Source: an uncultured Gemmatimonadales bacterium
Lineage (GTDB): Bacteria; Gemmatimonadota; Glassbacteria; GWA2-58-10
NCBI GenBank assembly: GCA_964473155.1
Contig: CAYYNT010000009.1
Coordinates: 17,121 to 81,120 of the forward strand
Direction: 5' to 3'
Length of the DNA: 64,000 bases
In this document: positions 57,927-64,000 of the stretch, piece after piece
Numbering within the stretch: position 1 is the first letter of the stretch
Layout of the letters: the number at the start of each line of letters is the position of its first letter
Translations under genes and position numbers: made by a program
Notes under the pieces: model-generated
Told to the model about the DNA's origin: nothing
The model's database searches: none
The model's input: only the letters and a program-made list of their open reading frames with translations

Positions 57927-60644
57927 ATGCCTGAGTTTTTCTACGAGAAGTATCGAACGGCGATTAAGGGAGTTCTGAGAACCGGCATGTCACAATCTCT
58001 GATTTGTTTTGTATTTTTTCAATTCTCGCTCTGCCTCTCTTTCTCCGTCCAGCCACTTGCCGCGCAGAAAACCAACGATCCGGAACAGGAGGCCAGGGAT
58101 TTTATCAACGTGGCCGAAACCCGGCTTGCACCGGTCTACCCGGCGCTGGCCCTGCATATAGTCGAAAGGTTCGGCCTGGCGGGTGAGAAAGGTCTCGGGA
58201 TCGACCTGGGAAGCGGTCCGGGGCACCTGATTATCGAACTGGCGCGGCGCACGGAGAGGATGGAGTGGATAAACGCGGACATCAATCCCCATTACTTCAC
58301 ATATTTCCTGACAAAGGCCCGGCAGGCCGGGCTGGCCGGGCGGGTGCAAGCCGTGGAAGCCGATGCGCAGGCCCTTCCCTTTGATGACGATGTGGCCGAT
58401 ATCGTTGTCTCCCGCGGTTCGTTTCAGTTCTGGGAAGATAAGGAAAAAGCCTTCTCCGAAATCTATCGTGTCCTCAAACCCGGCGGAAAAGCGTTTATCG
58501 GGCGCGGCCTGCCGGAGAATCTGCCTCCGGAGACTGCAAGCAAGGTGCGTGAACGGGCAGGCAACGGTCCGGAATACGACGTGGCGGAAACTGCAATCCT
58601 GCTGGAAAAAATTATGCGCTCCCTGAAAATAGCCGATTACCGGGTGGAAAGACCCCGGCCGGCGGGCTCCGAGGGTGTAAGCTACGGCGTGTGGATCGAG
58701 TTTTCCAAACCTGCCGCGAAAACACAGGCAAGCGAGAAAAGAACCTCCTACTACGACCTGGATACGCTGGTGGTCATCGGCTCCGTCCTCCGCGACCCGG
58801 TATCCGAGCCGCGAACTGAGCCGTTGAGCCTCGAACCCGCCGCCACCGTGGTCAACCAGGCGGAAATCGCCCGTTCCGGGGCCAAGACCCTGATCGAGGC
58901 CATGGAGTACGTTCCCGGCGCCTGGATCGAGAACCGGGGACGGAAAGTGAAACAGTTCTTTTCGATCCGCGGCCAGAAATATCCCTACCCGGACTATGCC
59001 ATTGACGGCGCCTGGCAGCGTGAGTTTCTGGAGCTGCCTTATTTCTTTCCCGCTGAAAATGTCGAGCGCATCGAAATCATGCGCTCGAGCGCGGCGCTCT
59101 TTACCGGGCTTTCAGGCTTGACCGGCGTGATCAATATCGTCCCGCGCGAATACCGCCAACGGGAAACCGCTTTCCAGGGTGAATACGGGTCTTTCGGAAC
59201 CTACAGGCTCAATCTCAGCCACGGCGGCGTGGTGAAAAACCTGTCCTACGCCCTGGACCTGGGGTTCCCTGGCACGGATGGGCCGAAAGGCAAGTACGCG
59301 GCCGAGTCGTTCACCAATTTCAGAGGCAGCCTCTACTGGCGTCCGAATGAAAAATGGGAAGTCAACGCCCATCTGATGCATCTCAACGGCAGCCGTCAGA
59401 TGGCCCGGGCCGTGGCGCCCGCGACTTTGGACCTGCGCACCGCCTCCGAGAAATTCGATCCTTTCCGAGCCACCCTGGCCACGGTGAAAGCCCTTTACAA
59501 ACCCAACGCGAGAGTTTCCTCGGAGCTAATCGCCAGCTATTCAGTCCGTAACAACATGTATATATCGCAAACCCCGTCCTCGACCACCTCCAACCGTGAG
59601 TACGATTATGAGTGGGGGGCCAACTTCACCCAGTCGGTGACGCCTTTTCGAAGCAATATCCTTCGTTTCGGGAGCCTCTACAACCATTGGGCGGCCCCCA
59701 ACGGAAAGCGTTTCTACGTGGGCAAGCGCTGTGACCTGGAAACCTTCTCCTGGGTGGCCGGGGACGAGCAGAGCATCGGGCCGCTGACCCTGAATCTCGG
59801 TCTGCGCTGGGCTCGCACTTATATCAACAACTACGGCGCATTCAATATCAACGAAAGCCCCAAGGGCCTGCAGAACGTGACCCCGATCAGAAACGAGTGG
59901 GAACCGGCTCAGATAACCACCGCCCTGGGAGCCTCATGGGCATTCTCACCCTCGGTCTCGGCTCATTTCAACCTGGCCGCGGGCAAGATAAAGCCCGCTC
60001 CGGGCAACTTGAACACCGATATGCAGGAACCAGAAAAAGAGAAAAGGCTGAAGATCGACCTCGGTCTCATAACCAGGCGGGAAAACATAGGGCAGCTTTC
60101 ACTGGTCTGGTTTATCACCCGTCAGAACGATGCCCTGGTGCTGAGCGGCAAGACTGTAAACCTCGATGGCAAAGTGCTGGAGACCTTTCTGAACCGCGAC
60201 CAGCGCCAGACCGGTGTCGAGATCGACGCCCGGAGCGTCCCTCTGCGGGGCTGCCTCCAGCTTTTCGCCAATTTCGTGGCCATCAGCCCACGGGCAGAGG
60301 TGGAGGGGCGGATGGTCCGTGACCGGGAAACTCCCAGGATCATTTCATCCGGCGGACTTTTCATCAACAGGGCCGGGTATGACCTGAACCTGTTTCTCAA
60401 AACCGTTTCTTCTTACGAGAGCACCCGTTTCGTGGCAGGCACTGCCGGTCAGCCGCTTCTGCCGCAGCCCCTTGGCGCGTACCAGACGCTTAACCTGACT
60501 CTCGGGCGCAATTTCGGCTCCAGGCCGTTCAACAGGATTTACCTGGAAGTGACCAATATGGCCGATGACAGGTATTCCACGGTGGCGGGCTATCCGGATT
60601 ACGGCAGGAGGCTGACAGCAGGCTGGCGCATCGTTTATAAATGA
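57927..60644 (+). CDS. Fusion protein: N-terminal class-I SAM-dependent methyltransferase domain (UbiE/Methyltransf_11-like) joined to a TonB-dependent-receptor-like plug plus beta-barrel
   Basis: The ATG at 57927 has an AAGAGGA RBS. A hydrophobic segment LICFVFFQFSLCLSFSVQPLAAQ follows. Canonical MTase motifs are present: I GIDLGSGPGHL, post-I INADIN, II FDDDVADIVVSRGSFQFW, III LKPGGKAFI. Next comes a TonB-box/plug-like region (DTLVVIGS ... VPGAWIENRG..V.QFFSIRGQ ... ERIEIMRSSAALFTGLSGLTGVINIV) and a ~550-aa barrel-like region. The last residues are ...RIVYK, not the usual terminal F/W. A single uninterrupted ORF. Confidence 0.65.
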   Translation: MPEFFYEKYRTAIKGVLRTGMSQSLICFVFFQFSLCLSFSVQPLAAQKTNDPEQEARDFINVAETRLAPVYPALALHIVERFGLAGEKGLGIDLGSGPGHLIIELARRTERMEWINADINPHYFTYFLTKARQAGLAGRVQAVEADAQALPFDDDVADIVVSRGSFQFWEDKEKAFSEIYRVLKPGGKAFIGRGLPENLPPETASKVRERAGNGPEYDVAETAILLEKIMRSLKIADYRVERPRPAGSEGVSYGVWIEFSKPAAKTQASEKRTSYYDLDTLVVIGSVLRDPVSEPRTEPLSLEPAATVVNQAEIARSGAKTLIEAMEYVPGAWIENRGRKVKQFFSIRGQKYPYPDYAIDGAWQREFLELPYFFPAENVERIEIMRSSAALFTGLSGLTGVINIVPREYRQRETAFQGEYGSFGTYRLNLSHGGVVKNLSYALDLGFPGTDGPKGKYAAESFTNFRGSLYWRPNEKWEVNAHLMHLNGSRQMARAVAPATLDLRTASEKFDPFRATLATVKALYKPNARVSSELIASYSVRNNMYISQTPSSTTSNREYDYEWGANFTQSVTPFRSNILRFGSLYNHWAAPNGKRFYVGKRCDLETFSWVAGDEQSIGPLTLNLGLRWARTYINNYGAFNINESPKGLQNVTPIRNEWEPAQITTALGASWAFSPSVSAHFNLAAGKIKPAPGNLNTDMQEPEKEKRLKIDLGLITRRENIGQLSLVWFITRQNDALVLSGKTVNLDGKVLETFLNRDQRQTGVEIDARSVPLRGCLQLFANFVAISPRAEVEGRMVRDRETPRIISSGGLFINRAGYDLNLFLKTVSSYESTRFVAGTAGQPLLPQPLGAYQTLNLTLGRNFGSRPFNRIYLEVTNMADDRYSTVAGYPDYGRRLTAGWRIVYK

Positions 60645-60995
60645 AAGCGCTGCATACAGGAAAGTAAAAAATTATTCTTTTTCCCCTTGTTCCATCAGAG
60701 CCTCACAGAATTGGTTTTCAGCCTAAAACAGCCTTAGAAGTACGTTTACGAGCGACTACCATCTATCTGGAACCTATTTCTATATTTTGCATAGAGTTTA
60801 ATCGCCCGGAAATTAACTTTCGCATTGCATGATCTCCTGATTATATTTTTCTGAGGCAATGCGCAATACGATCCCCTGAATTATCCATCCGTCTTTCTGA
60901 AATCATATAGGAGTTCACAACCATTTACCCTGAAAAACACATCTCGCATTTTTGATCCTCTCTCAACAGTCACCCCAGTCCGGAAGAGGCCCTAC

Positions 60996-63900
60996 ATGTC
61001 CAGTCGACGTCTGATTGTCCTGTCTCTTGTTTTCACTCTCCTTGCGGCTGTCAGCCTGGCCGCCCAGGAGCGGCTGAATGTTTTCCTCTCCTTCGAGGAC
61101 AAGAACGAAATCGCCACGCTCAGGGTCTCGCCTGGGGTGCAGATTTCCCAGTCCACCCATTTTCCCACCTGGAAAGAGAACTCCCTGGAGGCTGTGTTCC
61201 CCGCCGGCGGCGGGCAGATCGCTCTGGCCCGTTTCCCTGAAGACTGGCGACTGAGTGGGGCGCTGCTCGTGTTCGCATGGTGCGAGCAGCCCTCCGAGCT
61301 GACTATAGCTCTTGAGGACTCAACAGGCGCCAGTTTCCGGAAAAGCTTCGGTCTTCGAACCGGGGCCAACCATATCCAGTTCGACCTGAGCAAGACCCGC
61401 GGCCTGAACCTCGGGAAGATGAAAGCCGTGCGGCTGGAATCCCCGGCCATGGGAAAAATGTACTTGGACTATATCGCCCTTGACCGTTACAACCAGTTAC
61501 TGGATGAGCGTGGACGGTTCGATTTCCGATACAAGATGGATGTGGAGACGCCGCATTTCAAATGGGGCAATCCCCTTCCCGGGGGTCCGATCAATGTCTA
61601 CGCCCTGAGCGGCATCATCGACGGCCGCGGGATTATCGAACTGACCCAGCGTCTTGATATCAATTTCACGACCACCAGCATGGGCGTACGGGATGCGATG
61701 AACCTGTACGGGTTCGGCGAATTTTACGAGGAGCGCGGTGGCGGCACTTCCACTTCCATGACCTATGTGGCCGATGACATCCTCAATGGGCCGGACTATG
61801 ATGTAATCCTCTGGCCGGGGTTGCGCCCCTGGGAAAGCTATCCGCAGTCTGTCCGCGACCGGATACGTCATCTGGTGGTGGACGAGGGCAAGGGCCTGGT
61901 GCTGTTCTCGCCGACCTCTGAAGCCGCGGACGGGGCCGGGCTGTGGGAACTCTCACCGCTGACCGGAATCGGCGAACACGTGAATATCTGGCCTGAGGAC
62001 AAAGTGACTCTCGACTCGTCCCAGGTGGATCAGAGCGCCTGGACAGTTACACAGGACCATTTTATCACCCGCGGGCTGGCTCTGGACGCTTTTCCGCAGG
62101 GCAAGCTGACCGTGATCACCTCCAAGCCCAATGGTGAAGTGCTGGTCGCCACCAAGCGCGGCGCCCCGGTCCTGGCTGTACGTCAGGCGGGAAAGGGACG
62201 CGTGGTGGCTTTCGGCTACAGCCAGCGCGGAATGATCCCCGAGGTGCCGCGAGTATGGGACACCGGGCTGCAGTACAACTACTGGGAGTATATGTGGTCC
62301 ATGATCGCACGGGCCACGCTCTGGGCCGCGGGACGGGAATCATCTTCAGGCCTGGCATCCATCGAGCGCAAGGAAAACAAAGTGACAGTCCCGCTTCTTC
62401 ATGCCGCCGGGCCGCAGGAGGCTCTTTGCGGACGGTTGACAGATGACCACGGCCAGATGGTCACACAGTACGACATCCCGCTCAAGCCTGGGGCGAAAAG
62501 CGTAGTGTTGGACATTCCCGCCTCCATTCCCGGAGGACGCAGTTTCCTCGATCTCAAGTTGACAAAGGACGGAAACTCCCTGGACTGGGCCACCCTGATC
62601 GTGGACCAGCGACAGCAGGTTAAAATCGAAAGCCTTACCCTCGACACCGGCCGCGTGCAGCTTGGCGGGAGCTTGACCGCCACGGTCAAGCTCTCCGCAC
62701 CGTCAAAAAGCGCCTGCACCCTTGTGGCTGGTTTGTACGACAACTACGGCCGCCTGCTCGGTGAGAGAAAAGAACCGCTTAACTTCTCCGGCGCACTGGA
62801 GAAGAAATTCGAGTTCAGCACCGCCGGAGCGCTCAGCCACCTGGCGCGGGTCGAGTGCCGCCTGGAGGGGGCGCAGGCAGTCCAGGACCGCGCCGAGGCC
62901 GAGGTATTCGTGCTGCAGAAACGCCTCTGGGACGATTTCGACATCGTTATGTACCTTTTCGGCCCCAGCCCCATGCCCGGCATCTGGACCGCGATAGACA
63001 GCCAGATGCAACGCATGCGGGTGACAACGCTTTCCTCGTACCCGGTCAGCCTCTGCAAGCACGCCAACTACATGGTGCAGGCCCAGACCAGGGTGAGCGG
63101 ACAGGAATCTCCGGATGATGGGCCGGACCGCGATTACTATGACAACATGAAAAAGAAATATCTCGCCACCGGCGACAAAATGGGCCTGGTGCGTAAATAT
63201 TGCCTGAACGACCCGGCATACCGTGAACTGATTCACAAGCAGTTGATTGAACTGGCCACGCCCTGGGTTCCGTTCTCGCCGCTGTCGTATTACGTGCTGG
63301 AGGAACCCTCGTTCACCTGCTACGGCGATGCGGTCGATATCTGTTTCAGCGAGCACACGCTAAGCGCCATGCGCGACTGGCTCAAGACCCGTTACGCCTC
63401 TCTCGATGCACTCAACAGGCAGTGGGGCACGGTGTTCGGCAGTTGGGACAAGGTGATCCCGGACGATGCCAAGGAAGCCCAGGCGCGCGGAAACTATTCC
63501 TCCTGGGCGGACCACCGTTCTTTCATGGAGCTGACCTATGCCAACAGCTACAAGATGCTGCTCGACGAATTGCGCCAGCTCGATCCCAACGCAAGGATGC
63601 TCAACTCCGGCACGCAGACATCAGGTTCGCACAACGGCTGCGACTACAGCCAGCTCAACCAGTACACCCTGCACCTGAACGCTTACGAATACGAGGTGCA
63701 CCGCAGTATGAACCAGGCGGTGAAGATTTCAGGGGGCGCGGGCTACGGGGTGATGGGCAAGCACGTACTGCGCAATTTTTACCAGAACCTGTTCAAGGGG
63801 GCCAACGGCGGGCTTTACGTATTCTGGCAGTACTGCACCGTGGACCCCGATCTTACGCTTAATCAGAGCGCCCTTGACATGCTCCAGGGGTTCGATGAAC

Positions 63901-64000
63901 TGCGCGGTCAGGGGATCGGCAAGCTGGTTGGCCTGGCCCTTCCCGACAACAACGGAATCGCGGTGCACTACTCCTACCCCAGCATCCACGGGGCCTGGAT
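60996..64000 (+). CDS. Partial CDS (runs off window end): secreted >1,000-aa protein with GH42-like (beta-galactosidase family) catalytic-region motifs
   Basis: The ATG at ~60996 has a GAAGAGG RBS and a signal peptide MSSRRLIVLSLVFTLLAAVSLAAQ. There is no stop through position 64000 in this frame. Near the window end, CLNDPAYRE ... YYVLEEPSFTCYGDAVDICFSEHTLSAMRDWLKTRYASLDALNRQWGTVFGSW closely parallels the GH42 region around the acid/base Glu (WL..KY..LDALN.AWGT.FWS). It is not in the ORF track because it has no in-window stop. Confidence 0.6.
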   Translation, partial: MSSRRLIVLSLVFTLLAAVSLAAQERLNVFLSFEDKNEIATLRVSPGVQISQSTHFPTWKENSLEAVFPAGGGQIALARFPEDWRLSGALLVFAWCEQPSELTIALEDSTGASFRKSFGLRTGANHIQFDLSKTRGLNLGKMKAVRLESPAMGKMYLDYIALDRYNQLLDERGRFDFRYKMDVETPHFKWGNPLPGGPINVYALSGIIDGRGIIELTQRLDINFTTTSMGVRDAMNLYGFGEFYEERGGGTSTSMTYVADDILNGPDYDVILWPGLRPWESYPQSVRDRIRHLVVDEGKGLVLFSPTSEAADGAGLWELSPLTGIGEHVNIWPEDKVTLDSSQVDQSAWTVTQDHFITRGLALDAFPQGKLTVITSKPNGEVLVATKRGAPVLAVRQAGKGRVVAFGYSQRGMIPEVPRVWDTGLQYNYWEYMWSMIARATLWAAGRESSSGLASIERKENKVTVPLLHAAGPQEALCGRLTDDHGQMVTQYDIPLKPGAKSVVLDIPASIPGGRSFLDLKLTKDGNSLDWATLIVDQRQQVKIESLTLDTGRVQLGGSLTATVKLSAPSKSACTLVAGLYDNYGRLLGERKEPLNFSGALEKKFEFSTAGALSHLARVECRLEGAQAVQDRAEAEVFVLQKRLWDDFDIVMYLFGPSPMPGIWTAIDSQMQRMRVTTLSSYPVSLCKHANYMVQAQTRVSGQESPDDGPDRDYYDNMKKKYLATGDKMGLVRKYCLNDPAYRELIHKQLIELATPWVPFSPLSYYVLEEPSFTCYGDAVDICFSEHTLSAMRDWLKTRYASLDALNRQWGTVFGSWDKVIPDDAKEAQARGNYSSWADHRSFMELTYANSYKMLLDELRQLDPNARMLNSGTQTSGSHNGCDYSQLNQYTLHLNAYEYEVHRSMNQAVKISGGAGYGVMGKHVLRNFYQNLFKGANGGLYVFWQYCTVDPDLTLNQSALDMLQGFDELRGQGIGKLVGLALPDNNGIAVHYSYPSIHGAW

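Noticed and set aside
60795-60825. Sigma-54-like TGGAAC ... TTGCAT upstream of the GH42-like gene
   Set aside because: The GG-to-GC spacing is ~19 nt instead of 11, and no enhancer-binding-protein gene is adjacent.

Overview
This is a high-GC (~60-63%) stretch of a Gram-negative (diderm) chromosome, with AT-richer intergenic islands. Its outer-membrane and periplasmic machinery includes TonB-dependent receptors, an OprO/P-like porin, LolA and a BamB-like propeller. It is densely coding on both strands. I support about 43 protein-coding genes, six intrinsic-terminator-like hairpins and two sigma70-like promoters from the sequence itself. I did not recognise any rRNA, tRNA, CRISPR array or transposase/integrase by eye.

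Content in order along the window:
- A URO-D-like gene fragment at the 5' edge.
- An endonuclease III-family glycosylase, divergent from a TMTC/DUF1736-like TPR membrane protein.
- An operon on the minus strand, driven by a near-consensus promoter: an orphan ABC ATPase, a radical SAM/SPASM enzyme and a LolA-family protein.
- Peptidoglycan-recycling genes (Slt-type lytic transglycosylase, NamZ-like DUF1343) with a SuhB-like phosphatase between them.
- A DUF2779 Cas4/RecB-like nuclease.
- A four-gene unit: TonB-dependent receptor, YfiR-like protein, hybrid histidine kinase and receiver.
- A phosphate-limitation-like trio: a Tat-exported Gfo/Idh/MocA (GH109-like) oxidoreductase, a PstS-family binding protein and a phosphate-porin-like barrel.
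- A glycan-degradation island: FAD-dependent oxidoreductase, GH36/raffinose-synthase-like hydrolase, a tandem retropepsin-like protease, a methyltransferase and an ADP-ribosylglycohydrolase-family lipoprotein.
- A seven-gene unit: an HTH plus EIIA(Ntr)-like regulator followed by a six-subunit complex-I/group-4-hydrogenase-like membrane complex. It matches the energy-converting hydrogenase-related (Ehr) layout and lacks the NiFe cysteine ligands.
- A ribose-type sugar ABC importer and a 5TMR-LYT multi-PAS hybrid kinase.
- Two large secreted proteins, one of them a beta-helix.

The most unusual stretch is a five-gene envelope module (51.0-60.6 kb). It contains an exported tail-anchored protein and a MacB/FtsX-type ABC pump. 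These are followed by a 1,289-aa protein combining BamB-like propellers, a degenerate methyltransferase-fold domain and a malectin-like domain. The last gene fuses a canonical class-I SAM methyltransferase domain to a TonB-dependent-receptor-like barrel. I regard this module as the best candidate for an undescribed system. A GH42-like secreted protein runs off the 3' edge.

All functional calls come from motif and architecture recognition by eye, with no database search. Coordinates for starts other than the supplied ORF-track ends are offsets from those ends and may be off by a few bases.
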